A stretch of DNA of 62,956 nucleotides, filler included, from Octopus bimaculoides (lineage: Eukaryota), in NCBI RefSeq assembly GCF_001194135.2. It is 5 parts of 5 records of this genome, joined end to end, with 100 filler letters (N's around TTAATTAATTAA, not from the genome) between each part and the next. Parts side by side here need not be neighbours in the genome. Positions count along the whole stretch, not along the records: positions 8,413 to 34,976 come from NC_068983.1; 4 more parts are not named here. One strand, given 5' to 3'. The notes beneath the pieces are model-generated. The model ran no database searches. It saw only the letters and a program-made list of their open reading frames with translations, and was not told the DNA's origin. The position numbers were made by a program, and so were the translations under genes. Below are positions 10,749 through 23,783 of this stretch, piece after piece; the stretch's first letter is position 1, and the number at the start of each line of letters is the position of its first letter.

Positions 10749-12414
10749 CTTTTAAAAAAGAAGGGGTATAATTGAAGAAGGTTATGAATGGTCTGACATT
10801 AGAAACAGTTTAAGAAATAAAGGCTTCACTTCTGTTGCCATAGGTATTACTTGATATATTGATACATTTGTACATTGGTGATAATTAGGACTACTTCCAC
10901 ATTTCAAAACGTATTCATGCAGTTGGCAGGCAGTTGGCAGATCAAATTACCATGAACTGACTTTTGTATAAAATGATCCAGAAAATGACCAGTTGGGTAG
11001 CTTGTCAAGAGAAATTTTATTGGGGTCATTTTATTTTATTTTAGTCACTCTCAGTCACTGACCTTAAATTGACACCAATCATGTGACTATTTAAATACAA
11101 AACTTGACAGCAACCTCCTTCAAAGTTTAACTTTATGATAATGAAAATAATTTTTTGGCTTTTTATTAACCTTCTTCAAAGCTTAAGTTTATGGGAATGA
11201 ATATAATATTGTTAAATTAACTATAATAAAAAAATAAGAATAACAATTAAAATATCAAATTAAATTAGCTTTTTTATAAGATAAATTTGTCTTAACATCA
11301 ACTAATAAACCTTGAAATATATCACTTTAACAAGACTATTTTCATCAAACCTGTAGCCAAACTATTCCTTCTGGTGGAGCTTTGTTTATCTTAGAGGGAG
11401 GGAAGTTCATACTTGAGGCTGAACACTTTTCAAGGTAGACTTAGCAGTCATGGCCTCTACTTGTCTATAGTTATACTTTTTATTTTTTTTTTCATTGTTT
11501 ATTCATTTACTTATTTCATACCGGTGCTAAGGAGAGGAGATATTGGTAGTGTTCTCTCAATTCTACTGTTTGATTTGGAAAGGACACATTGAATATTGTA
11601 ATCCTAGGTGCCCTTAAAAAGACTGGAGATTATCCTAGATGCCCTTAAAAAGACAGACTGGAGTATCTTTGATCATAGGATTTTTTATGTTTAGTCCTAA
11701 GTTTATTCTCTCAGAAGTGGGACTAAGCAACTGCATCCAGGACCAGTGCTAGGAAGTGCAAGGCCCAATTAGAGAATTGTTAGCAGGGTCCTCTATTCTA
11801 CAAAAGTTGAAGATTGATGTTTTATGTTTTGTGTAGTATGCCAGTCCCAGCCAAAAAGTATTGAGAGCTTGAGGCACCACCATTAGCCACAATGATATAC
11901 TAAAAATTGAAAGCTCACATGAAAGTTTTAATGTTTTATAACAAGCTGAGCATGCATATGGAGCACTCTTTGTTTTAGGTCCAATTTGAACAAATCTGTC
12001 TAATTGACTAAACCTTTTAGTTTTTAAGCCAGCTGTATTCAGCCCAAATATTCTTCTTGTTTTACATTAAAACCTGCCAGAACTGGTTTCACACCTACCC
12101 TAAAATATCATTCTAAAAAATAGCAATCACACTATTGAAATCTTGAAGCTACAAGATAATGTTTGATTAATTGAAAACAATATAAATGAACAAGTATTAC
12201 ACTTGACAGAGAAATCTGAACACTAAAGGGTTAAAGCCCTGACAGAAGCAACTTGAGCGCTCTTATCATTGGCTTCTGGCAAGTAGGCACGAAGCCTCAG
12301 ATTTGGAGTGAAGTGTGGAGGAGATTTTGTTACATTCATAAGTTTCTCCTGAATATTAGGGACATACATGTAGGGAAACTGCTAGCGGAGATCAAAACCA
12401 GCTTCTAAATTTAC

Positions 12415-12477
12415 TTGCAAGGAGATCATATGTTCTTTGTATGAAAATATTTAAAACAATTCTTTGTAGTCCAAATT
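12415..12477 (-). CDS. Gene X exon (63 nt with distal acceptor, or 20 nt from the acceptor at 12435)
   Basis: Acceptors ccttttttacttgttcacaaag (12478) and tttaaatattttcatacaaag (12435), donor CAA|gtaaat; open frame (E)FGLQRIVLNIFIQRTYDLLA ending in phase 1, as the next exon requires. Confidence 0.55.
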
Positions 12478-12671
12478 CTTTGTGAACAAGTAAAAAAGGA
12501 ACTTCAACTTATTTTTCTAATGTCAACCAGTTTATTTTAAGGTAAGGTAATTACCTATTTTCCAGGTAGAGAAACAAAAAAAAACAAACAAAGCTTTATG
12601 TGAAATGGGATGGGTTATGGGTCTGATATCTTACCTTTTATTTGTTTTTATTTAAAGTAAAATATATTTAC

Positions 12672-12699
12672 CTTCTCTGTAATGTAAATCTGACATAAT
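12672..12699 (-). CDS. Gene X microexon (28 nt, or 18 nt from the acceptor at 12690)
   Basis: Donor AAG|gtaaat; acceptors ctctataagcctatag (12700) or gattatgtcag (12690); IMSDLHYRE (28-nt form) or (L)FTLQR (18-nt form). Confidence 0.45.
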
Positions 12700-14860
12700 C
12701 TATAGGCTTATAGAGACAGCATAGAATAACTTAAGGAAGCTTTAGTGGAATCATTACTTGTTCTCTTCTCTAAGTCCATAGAAAACATGGCAAACTAACA
12801 AAACACTTTCTGCCAACTACAGGCAACTGTACTATACTTTTTTCAACTATGACACCTATTTTTAAAACTAGGTGCACTCAGTTATTGAAAATGATAGACT
12901 AGCTATATGCTAGTTTGACCAGCTAAAAAATAACAGTGAAATTTCCCTTCCACCAAACCTACTATCTTAAAATAAAGAGAACAATTTGGATAATGTAATC
13001 ATAAATACTTTATCTCTGGTAAAAAAAAAAAGAAAAAGGAAAATCAAGACTGGAACATTTTTGATTATAGGTGCAAGCATTGCTGCTTCTCAACCACATG
13101 GTTCCAGGGTCAGTCTCACAGCATGATACCTTGGGCAAGTGTATTCTATCTATAACCTTTGGCCGACCAAAGCTTTGTGAGTGGATTTGGCTGACAGAAA
13201 CTGAAAGAAGCCCATCATATCATCATCATAATCGTCATCATCGTTTAAGGTCCACCTTTCATGCTGGCATGGGTTGGACAGTTTGACAGGAGTTGGCCAG
13301 GCAGAAACCTGCACTAGACTTGTGTCTGTTTTGGCAGGGTTTTTATGGTTGGATGCCCTTCCTAACACCAACCACCCAGCAGAGTGTATGTATGCATGTG
13401 TGTGTGTGTGTGTGTTTCTCTCCCACCATCACTTGACAACCAGTGCTGGTGTGTTTACATTCCTATAGCTTAGCAGTTGAGCAAAAGAGAATAATAGAAT
13501 AGGTACCAGGCTTAAAACAAAAATAAGCACTGGGACCAGTCAATTAACAAGAAAAAAGGAAATTCTTCAAGGCAGTGCCCCAACATGGTCACTGTCTAAT
13601 GACTAAAACAAGTAAAAGATAAAATATAGGTCTGCTGAATAAAGGTTAATGTGAGGTTAAATAAGTATTTTTGATAAGGCCTCACTGCACAGTAACAGTG
13701 ACAAAATATGAAGTAATACTCTATCTCATGTTGCTCCAGTTCACTCAGCTGTAGAAATGAGTTGTGATGTCACTGGTATCAAGCCATTGCCTTTCCCTTG
13801 AACAACATCTGTGGCATGGAGAGAGGAGGCTGGTATGCATGGGCAGCTGCTAGCCTTCCACAAAAACAACCTTGCCTGGACTTGTGCTTTTGTGGGGAAC
13901 TTTCTAGGTGCATCCCCATGGTCATTCATGACTGAAGGAGGTCTTTACCTTTTCTTTTTTTACTCTATCAAACTGTAGGCTAGTTTTTTATCAGTTGTAG
14001 CCCTACTCTCATATCTGACTAGATTAATTTTTATGATGTACCTGAAGGCCTGCAAAGTCCATCTGGTATCAGTGAGCTAAACCTTGACTTCAGATTAGAA
14101 TTCAGTGAATTCATAAATATTTGGAGATCAATAAAGGAAGCCAAAATGGAAACTTAACATATAATTGGTGTCATCTTGAAGGCTCTGCTTAATCCAAGAC
14201 AGAGATGAGTTCCACTCTAGTCTTGAACTTTATGCATTATTATAGCAGTGTTTACTCTTTTACTTGTTTCAGTCATTTGACTGCGGCCATGCTGGAGCAC
14301 CGCCTTTAGTCGAGCTAATCGACCCCAGGATTTATTCTTTGGAAGCCTAGTACTTATTCTATCGGTCTCTTTTTGCCGAACCGCTAAGTTACGGTTGTCA
14401 AGCAATGTTGGGGGGACAAACACAGACACACAAACACACACACATATATATATATATATATACTTATACATATATACGACGGGCTTCTTTCAGTTTCCGC
14501 CTACCAAATCCACTCACAAGGCTTTGGTCGGCCCGAGGCTATAGTAGAAGACACTTACCTAAGGTGCCACGCAGTGGGACTGAACCCGGAACCATGTGGT
14601 TGGTAAGCGAGCTACTTACCACAAAGCCACTCCACCTTTGGACCCTTTGATTTCTGTCTTATTTAGATAGACCATCTTAGCCATTCGATGTTTAAAAAAT
14701 CTGATTATATTTTTATAATTAGATATAATTAGGAATTGTATCAAAATATTTTGTGTGTTGTAGAAGTATAACCAATTTATTGCAGACTAAATCTTAACAA
14801 TGTATGTGGACCTCCAGGGATCATATGGACCCTGCTTGTGAACTGCTGCATTATACTTAC

Positions 14861-14880
14861 AAGTACTTAGTTATGATTCT
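14861..14880 (-). CDS. Gene X candidate microexon, 20 nt
   Basis: Acceptor aagcctgttttag, donor |gtaagt; only the phase 0 to 2 frame is open (RIITKY), and it fits between 15374-15387 and the 18-nt form of 12672. Confidence 0.4.
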
Positions 14881-15373
14881 CTAAAACAGGCTTTATCAAA
14901 GTCATTACATATCAACAAATACTCATCCTGAAAATTATTTCTCTGCCTCTGCTCATAATTTTTCTTTCTCCTTCTAACCACCAGACCACAGATACTTTTC
15001 ACCAATTTATTATTTTCTTCTCTCATATATATCTAAGCCTGTCAGTGTATGTGTGTGTGTGTGTACATAGTATTATGTAAGTATGTACATATGTATGTAC
15101 ATATGTATGTACATATGTGTTTATGTATGTATGCAACAAGTTTCATAGAAAAGGATGTACGTATGTGTATACATATGTATGTATGTATGTATGTATGTAA
15201 TATGCAGCAAGTTTCATAGAAAAGGAGTGTAAGAGTAGGGAAGGTATAATACAGATGTTTCTTTGAAGAAAAGTGTTTAGTTTGAGTTGTGGCATGAGTT
15301 TATACTACAGGTGATAGGCTGAGTGAAGCCAAATCTGATGTTGGAATTTCAGTTTTCTAAGCACTGAACTTAC

Positions 15374-15387
15374 CAACCAGCTAAACA
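15374..15387 (-). CDS. Gene X microexon, 14 nt
   Basis: Strong acceptor ttcttttgtttgttaacttcag and donor TTG|gtaagt flanking TGTTTAGCTGGTTG; phase 1 to 0 reads xFSWL. Confidence 0.55.
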
Positions 15388-15708
15388 CTGAAGTTAACAA
15401 ACAAAAGAACTAGTGATTATATTAAGTTCCATGGCACCTAATCAGTCTGGTGTTTATTGTGGCAATTGTATTAATTGTCAGCTTCACATGTCTGTTCTTT
15501 AACAGAGTGTAACATAAAAGGTTAATGGGGTTAAAACTCTGGGAAAGGCTCAATCAAACAATATTTATATCATTATATGTCTATAATAAGTAATGTTAAT
15601 TACTTAACGTTTTTTTATCAAATCAAAAGGGATCCATCAATGGGATGTCAGTCTTACTGACTTCAGTGTGAATCTAGTCGCACACATTAATGAAATATTT
15701 CTTTTTAA

Positions 15709-15928
15709 CCTTTTAGCATTCAGACTTCTTTGTCAAATGTAATGCTTATTTGTTCACATTGTTTCGAGTTTATCCTGCATTATCTCACAGCTTTCAGATT
15801 TCAATGGCATGTTTGTATGTTTTTAGACTGACATAACAGGGTAGGTATGAGAGGCTGGATCTGGCCAGTTTGACCATAAAACAGGTAGAATATTTTGACT
15901 AGATATGATTAGTTTAAATGTTAACAGG
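15709..15928. mobile_element. piggyBac-like TTAA MITE, family A (other copies 12013-12230, 21531-21751; partial ~27700-27900 and ~62060-62147)
   Basis: TTAA flanks at 15705-15708 and 15929-15932; TIR CCTTTTAGCATT; ~220-bp copies share internal sequence in both orientations. Confidence 0.75.
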
Positions 15929-18779
15929 TTAATATTCAATTAAATAGTGAATCAGCAGCTGCATATAATAAGATGCTACCTCTTATGACCCTTATATTGA
16001 GCTAGGAAGACCTGGGAGTCATGGGGACAAAGCAACAGATGCAATGCAGCTTCAGTGGTGAGATACAAACTAAGATATAAACTCAGAATGTAAAGAGATG
16101 GAAACAGACAATGCAAGGTATTTTGTCTGAAGCTCTAACAGTTCTACTAATCCACCATTATTATATTGTCAAATTTACTATTCTTCTGATTGAAGGAATA
16201 TTACTGGATAATATAGGTGTAGGCATGACTGTGTGTAACAAGTTTGTTTCCCAAAAACATGATTTCGGGTTCGAATCCACAGCATGTCGCCTTGGGCAAA
16301 TATATTTTGCTGTAGGCCCAGTTTCATCAAAGTTTTGTGAGTGGATTGGAAAGCAGAAACTGAAAGAAGCCTGTCTCGTATATAATATCATCATCATCAT
16401 CATTAACGTCTGCTTTCCATGCTGACATAGGTTGGATGGTTTGATAGGAGCTGGCTAGGCAGAAGGCTGCACGAGGTTTCAGTGTCTGATTTGGCTTGGT
16501 TTTTACAGCTGGATGCCCTTTCTAACACCAACCATCCTGCAGAGGACTATATATAATAAGAGTGATTATCAAGTTAAGCAACTACCACTGAAACCCATCC
16601 CGCCTGCCACTGCCATCAGCTTGTAGTTGATATGGCATCATTTCTGATTGTATGGATCTCTTCTAGAGTTATGACAGTGTTAAAATATTTAATGCAAACA
16701 ACTTTTTTAAAAAATGCTTTACTCCTATGCAGTGATGAAAAAAGGTAATGACTAATATTATTTTCATTTTCTTTTTCAGACAAGTACTGGACACAACTCT
16801 GCACACATTTCTATTGTATTCTGGCCTCATCAGCAAAGCATAACTTCATCAGCTAAGCATAACCTTCAGCATCATTATCATCATCGTCTCACCATTGTCT
16901 TATCATCCAGTTTTCCATGTAAGATAATATTTACCCATATCCAGGCATGTTTTCACTGAAGACTGGACATAAAGGACACTGCTTGCATGACAGTAAATTC
17001 ATTTTATTACTATCATGCAATATCAAGGCAAAGAGACAGTAACACAAACACACACACACACATACACGCATGGATGGTTATCCACTCATGACTGAGGAAG
17101 ACCATCACTGACTATTATCCCTGCAAAATGCCAGCAATGCCCGTGCATGAGGTTATTGCACCAGTAGTCAGCTTCAACCAGATTTACACCTGCAGCTTCC
17201 ATGCTTGTTATGGTGCTCTCTTACTTAACTGGGCATCAGATAGTTACTTTACTGCTAATTGCACAACCTAAAATTTTAGGTCCAATAAGGCTTGCACAGC
17301 ACCTCATAGACCCTCTCCACTCTGCTGATATGATCCAGAGACAAGTAAAGGATGGATGAACCTAGTGTAGATTCAACAACTATCTAGCGATAGCATGAGC
17401 TCTCAAAAATTTCAGGTTGGTATCCTACATGCTGGAAGATTACTGGGACTGTGGCACTCCTTAGCTTTTGTTAAAGCATGTTTCTAGGAGAAGGTCACTC
17501 TGATATAAAGCCAGATATGCAGGGAATGATATTGAACATTTAGGAAATCTTTTGTCTGCAATTGGGATCATGGCACTCCCACAATCCTGAGTCTGTAATC
17601 CATCCATCCATCCATCCATCCATACATACATACATACATGCATACATATATACCCATGCTGGTGCCACTTAAAAAGCACTTGTGCTGGTGCCGTGCATAA
17701 ACCACCCAGTACACACTGTAAAGCAGTTGGCATTAGGAAAGGCATCCAGCTGTAGAAACCATGCCAAAACAGACATGGAACCTCGGCAACTCTTCAGATG
17801 ACCAGCTCCTCTCAAACTGTACAACCCATGCCAGCATGGAAAACAGACATTAAATAATGATGATATATGGGTCACCTACACAATAGGCTTCTTTCAGTTT
17901 CTGTCTATCAAATCCACTCACAAGGTTGTGGTTGACTGGGAGCTATAGGAGAAGACAATGGCCCAAGGTTCCATGCAGTGGGCCAAACCTTGAACCATTT
18001 GGTGAGGAATCAAACTTCTTACTACACTTCCACATCTGCTCATTATTAATTGATTGTAATTTATTCATATGATATTCTTTTCAGTCATTAGAGCTCTGAT
18101 ATATTGAGGTACTGCCTTCAACAGTTTTATTTGACTATCATAACCCCAGGGTTTATTTTAGTTGTCCATTTATTTTATTGATTCCTACTTATTGAACTGC
18201 TAAGCTATGGGACATAAAACATTAAGAAACAGCATAAACAAAATTAAATTGGTGTAAGAATAAACACAAACGTGGATATAGAGATGTAACACACACACAC
18301 AGAACATCATCACCATCCTCCTCCTCCTCCGCCTCCTCCACCACCTCCTCCTCCTCCTCCCCCTTGTCGTTGTCATCGTCGTAGTTTGTACATCCACTTT
18401 TCCAATAATGGCATGGGTTGGGCATGATATTTGAAGTTAGCATTTTACATTCAGATCCCATCCCTTATGTCAACTTTTTTCAGTTGCTCTTATGTTACAT
18501 TGCAATGTGGTGTACCTCTTCTAAAAACCAGGATGATACATACATACATAGAGGCAGTCAGGCAGGCAGGTAGCCAGATAGATATAGATAGATAGATATA
18601 GATAGATAGATATAGATACAAGTATATATCAGTGAAATTTATAAAAGTGAATCTGAGAAAATATATATTTTTCACCCTAAGGGATTCCTATGTTCCTATG
18701 AATTTGTCACCCACAATGATTATAATAATTTATCTATCTTTCTATACTGAGTGTGTCTAGCTCTCACTGTGTATATGTA

Positions 18780-20652
18780 TGGGGATATAGCTTCACACGA
18801 TGTAGAAGACAACTGGAGGTTTCTACGGGACAGCCTGCTGAGGGCCACTGACCCGATCTGTGGATGGTGCAAAGTCCCCTCTCGACCCAAAATAATGTGG
18901 TGATGGAACAATGTTGTTGACAGGGCTATTAGACAAAAGAAACAGGTTTGGAAGGACTGGAAGAATGGTGGTAGCAGGGAATTGTATCAGACTGCTAGAA
19001 GGGAAGCTAGGCGACAGGTTTATTTAGCCAGAGAGGAAGCAGATAAGAAAAAATTTGCCAATGCTCTGCGCTGTGAGGACCAAAGACTTGAGGTATTTCG
19101 TGTTTCAAGATAGTGTGTGAGAGAATTGTGATGTCGTAGGAGAGAAATGTGTTCGCATGGATGATGATACACTTGCACTAAACAAGGCTGCAAAGAGAGA
19201 GGTTTGGAGACGCCACTATGAAAGATTGCTCAATAAAGAGAATGAATGGGAGAAAGAGAGTCTGCCACATGTTGACCCACCAGAGGGACTAGCTATCTGA
19301 GTTGGCAGTACCATAGTAGATAAAGCAATTAAGAGTATGAAGACAGGGAAAGCCCCCCGGCCCATCAGGAATCACTGCAGAGATGCTTAAAATATCTGGC
19401 AGTGTCGGCTGTAGCCTAGTCATCCGTATTGTTAACCAGGTGATACGCGAAGGAGTCATACCCAATGACTGGTGTAGCAGCACCATAGTCAATTGCTACC
19501 AAGGTAAAGGTGACGCTTTAGATACAAATAATTACAGAGGTATCAAGTTGTTGGATCAGGTAATGAAAGTCACGGAGAGGGTCAAAGCCCAACTAATTAG
19601 GGAGAGAGTCAGCTTAGATGAGATGCAGTTTGGGTTCGTGCCAGGGAAAAGCACCACTGATGCTATATTTCTGGTAAGACAGCTGCAGGAGAAATACCTA
19701 GCCAAAGATAAACCTCTGTGCCTGGCTTTCATTGACATGGAGAAAGCCTTTGACAGGGTCCCCCGATCCCTTATCTGGTGGTCAATGAGGAAACTAGGGA
19801 TAGAAGAATGGTTAGTGAGAGTTGTGCGAGCAATGTACAGAGACGCTGTCAGTAAGTTGAGGGTTGGCAACAAGTACAGTAAAGAATTCCGGGTAGGGGT
19901 CCACCAAGGTTCAGTCCTCAGCCCCCTCCTATTTATCATAGTCCTCCAGGCAATAACACAGGAATTCAAGACAGGATGCCCCTAGGAGTTCCTCTATGCT
20001 GACGACCTTGCCCTAATTACTGAGTCACTATCAGAACTAGAGACGTTTCAGGTGTGGAAGCAATTACTAGAATCGAAAGGCCTTAGAGTCAACCTAGCTA
20101 AAACCAAAGTCCTAATAAGTAGGTAGGCAGACAAAACACAAACCCCTTCGGGTAGATGGCCCTGCTCGATCTGTAGAAAAGGAGTGGGAAGTAACTCTAT
20201 AAGATGCACCCAGTGCAAGCTATGGACACATAAGAGGTGCAGCAATATCAAAGGAAGGTTAACTAGGAAGTTAGTTTTTGTATGTAGCAGCAGATGTTCA
20301 GGAGCTATAAACACTGTAAATGTGCAGAAAACAACTTCTACCACATACCAGGGAGAAAAACTAGATGTAGTTGATAGCTTCCACTATCAAGATGACCAAG
20401 TTAGTAGTGGGGGAGAGTGTGCTGAAAGTGTAGTTGCTAGAATAAGAATAGCCTGGGCAAAGTTCAGAGAGCTCTTACCTCTGCTGGTGACAAAGGGCCT
20501 CTCACTCAGAGTAAAAGGCAGACTGTATGACGCATGTGTATGAACAGCCATGCTACATGGCAGTGAAACATGGACCATGACTGCTGAAGACATACGTAAG
20601 CTTGCAAGGAATGAAGCCAGTATGCTCCGATAGATGTGTAATGTCAGTGTGT
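18780..20652 (+). mobile_element. RTE-clade LINE, truncated and decayed
   Basis: RT motifs NYRGIKLL, QFGFVPGKSTTDAIF, AFIDMEKAFDRVPR, GVHQGSVLSPLLF, CP*EFLYADDL, NLAKTKVL, a Cys-rich CSIC...CTQC...HKRC segment and GSETW; several in-frame stops and frameshifts. Confidence 0.93.
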
Positions 20653-20794
20653 GAAGTAAATGCAATGTAAATCACAAGAAAACAAATATGCGAATTAACG
20701 TAGACTTACCTTGTATTCAATATATATATGTAGTCACATTTAGTGACAATTATAATTCTCCTTTTTGGTGAAATATTGCAACTTATGTACATTA

Positions 20795-20841
<47 letters not shown>

Positions 20842-22329
20842 TTCTTTCCATTTCTGTCTACCAAATCCCTTCACAAATCTTTGTTTGGTGCAGGGCTATA
20901 ATAAAGCTGTGTTGCCCAAGGTGCAACACAGTTGGACTGAACCCAGAACCATGCAGTTGGGAAACAAACTTCTCACCACACACACACACACACACACACT
21001 TATGATGTATGTATATGTTGCCCAGTTTCTATTCACCAAGTTCCACTCATAAGATATTAGCAAAACTAGGACTATTGCAGAAGTGACCTAAGGTACAGCA
21101 AAATAGGATTGAACTTGTAATTATGAAGTTACCAAACCAACTTTTAACAACAAAGCTAGAATAAATATCTGTTTATTTTTAAAACTATTATATTATGCAA
21201 TAAAAAAGAATTCAGGAATTTGATCAAGGGCTTGGCTTTTTGCATTGTTTACAATTTATATAACATCATAATCATCATCATCATCATCTTTGTCATTGTT
21301 GCTGTTATTATCAATATGAGATTATCATAATTCTCATCAACATTATCTATGTCTATGATAAACACTACACAGCTACTCTTAGCAAAATCATCATTATTAT
21401 CATTGCTGCCATCATCATCATTATCATTATTATCATCATTGCCATCACTCCTGCCTTTGATCATAATAACTACAAACAAGCTGCATAGTAGTTCAGTAAA
21501 ATAGACAAACAGAATAAATACCAGATTTAACCCTTTAGCATTTAGATAAGCTATATATCTGGCCTAAATATTCTATATGTTTTGTGTTGAAATTGGCCAG
21601 CTCTAGCTCTCACACTTACCCTACTATTTCATTTTAAAAATAAACAATCCCTTGATCAAAACCCTAAATCTACAATATAATGTATGCTTAATTAAAAACA
21701 ATATGAAGAAATAAGGATCACATTTCACAAAAGTAATCTGAATGCTAAAGGTTTATAAAAAATAAATACTCGTGTTGATTCATTCAAATAAACCTTTCAA
21801 AGCAATGCTCTTGCATAGCTCAGTCCAATGACTGAAACAAGAGAAAAGATAAAAGATGTGACCTGGTAGTTTGGGTGTTGGAGCTCATAGTCATTAGGTC
21901 ATGGGTTCAGTTCTCAGACTGGGCAGCCTGTTGTGTCTTTGAACAAAACTCTTCATTTCACACGGTTCCTGTACTTTTAGCTGAAGTGAGTACCAGTAAC
22001 ACTGGCAGGTGAAGACTGTCACACTCTTGTAGTGGTAATTCGAAAAGTGAATCGCTAGATGTGTGGTCAGATGCCAATACTGAACCACAACAGTTTCGTG
22101 TGATTGGTCTTTAAGCAACCAATCAGTACCAAGCCTTTGCATGATTTAATCTTTTAGAATCTTCTTTTTGTGCCCCATAAAAAGCCGCTTTGGTGTCCAA
22201 ACTCTTTGAAGAGCATTGGGAGCAGCTGAGTCATTTGCACATCTCACCTCTTACCAGGCAATATGCACCTCCACTCTTTACCATCAGACACCCCAGACCA
22301 ATGGCCCAGGCAGACAGCCAAGACAGATG

Positions 22330-23028
22330 GCTCAGAGAAATGGTCAAGAACCTCAATTGTCATGGAAATAAAAAATAGTGAGTAAAGACTCCCTTGGTTT
22401 GTGAATGACCATAGGATTGCACCTAGGAAGTTACCCTCTGAGGCACAAGTCTGGGCAAGGTTGTTTATGGAAACCAGCCGTCACTCATGCATACCAGCCT
22501 CCCCTCTCCATGCCACTGATGCTGTCCAAGAGAAAGGCAAAGGCCGATTCAGCTTGGCACTAGTGACATAGCAACTCATTTCTACAACTGAGTAAACTGG
22601 AGCAATGTGAAATAAAGTGTCTTGCTCAAGAACACAACACACAACCCAGTCTAGGAATCAAACTCATTACCTCATGATTGTGAACCCAATGTTCTAACCA
22701 CTGAACCATGGCACCTGTATAGCTCAGAGAAATGATCGAGAACCTCCATTGTCATGAAAATAAAAGGCAAAGGGTAAAGACCCCCTTTGATTGTGAATGA
22801 CCATGGGATTGCACCTAGAAAGTTTCTCTCTGAGGCACAAGTCCAGCATACCAGCCTCCCCTCTTCATGCCACTAATGTTACCCAAGGGAAAGGCAAAGA
22901 CTGATATAGCTTAGCCCCAGTGACATCACAACTTATTTTTACAGCTGAGTAAACTAGAGGTCCAGGAATTGAACTCACTACCTCATGACTGTCAGTGTGA
23001 CGCTCTAACCACTGAACCATGCACCTTC
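22330..23028 (-). mobile_element. Two head-to-tail copies of tRNA-derived SINE family 3 (related copies 13710-13955+, 1050-1290-)
   Basis: Units ~22330-22716 and ~22722-23028 share the body and an A/B-box-like head (TGGTTCAGTGGTTAGA ... GAGTT(C/T)(A/G)ATTCC on the minus strand). Confidence 0.8.
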
Positions 23029-23694
23029 ACATCCATGAAGATAGCACAATTGATTTCAGATATGTTGGTCAAACCACAGATTGCTGTACCAATAGCTTTC
23101 TGTAATCTCAGAAGTAGTAATTCTCTCCCAGTCTGGTATTATTGCTGCTGTTAACCATGAATGGCCAGTGCAGATTGTCATTGTGTGACAATAAATTCTT
23201 CTGTTAAATGTTTGCGGGATTTGCTCAGTTACTTCTTCACGCAGCCAAGAAGCACATTCCCATTCATTAACTCAATCAGCTACCATAGCAACATTAACAA
23301 AACAGATAACAACCAACGTGACAGTGGCGATACAGCCAAGAGCCAATAACACTTGTGACGCTCTAAATCTAAACTCCTTGAAAATCTGGCTAATTTCTAG
23401 CCTTATGACCCTGTAAGCTTTGAGACAGACACTTTTGTTTTTTATTTTTTGCATGGCTATGTAGTTAAGAACTTTGCTTTCCAACCATATGGTTTCAAGT
23501 TCAGTCCTATTGCATGGCACATTGGAGAAGTGTTTTCTACAATAGCCCTGAGCTGATCAAAGCCTGGTGGGTGGCTTTTGATTGATGAAAACCGAAAGAA
23601 GCCTGTCATGCCCATGTGTGTAAATGTTTTCTACTATAACCCTAGGCCAACCAATAACTTAGGATAGATTTGGTAGATAGAAACTGAGTGGAAA

Positions 23695-23783
<89 letters not shown>

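Noticed and set aside
11601-11668. Short two-unit tandem duplications (also ~11113-11215, 15130-15230, 31600-31660, 5214-5245)
   Set aside because: Only two units each with no unique spacers; ordinary slippage duplications, not CRISPR-like arrays.
16616-16732. Strong minus acceptor at ~16726 followed by an open frame to a stop
   Set aside because: No suitable donor gives the phase 1 end needed before the 15374 exon.
20710-20760. Strong minus donor (AAG|gtaagt) with a 51-nt open segment (RIIIVTKCDYIYILNT)
   Set aside because: The acceptor is weak and I could not link its phase 2 ends to the other gene X exons; possible but unsupported.
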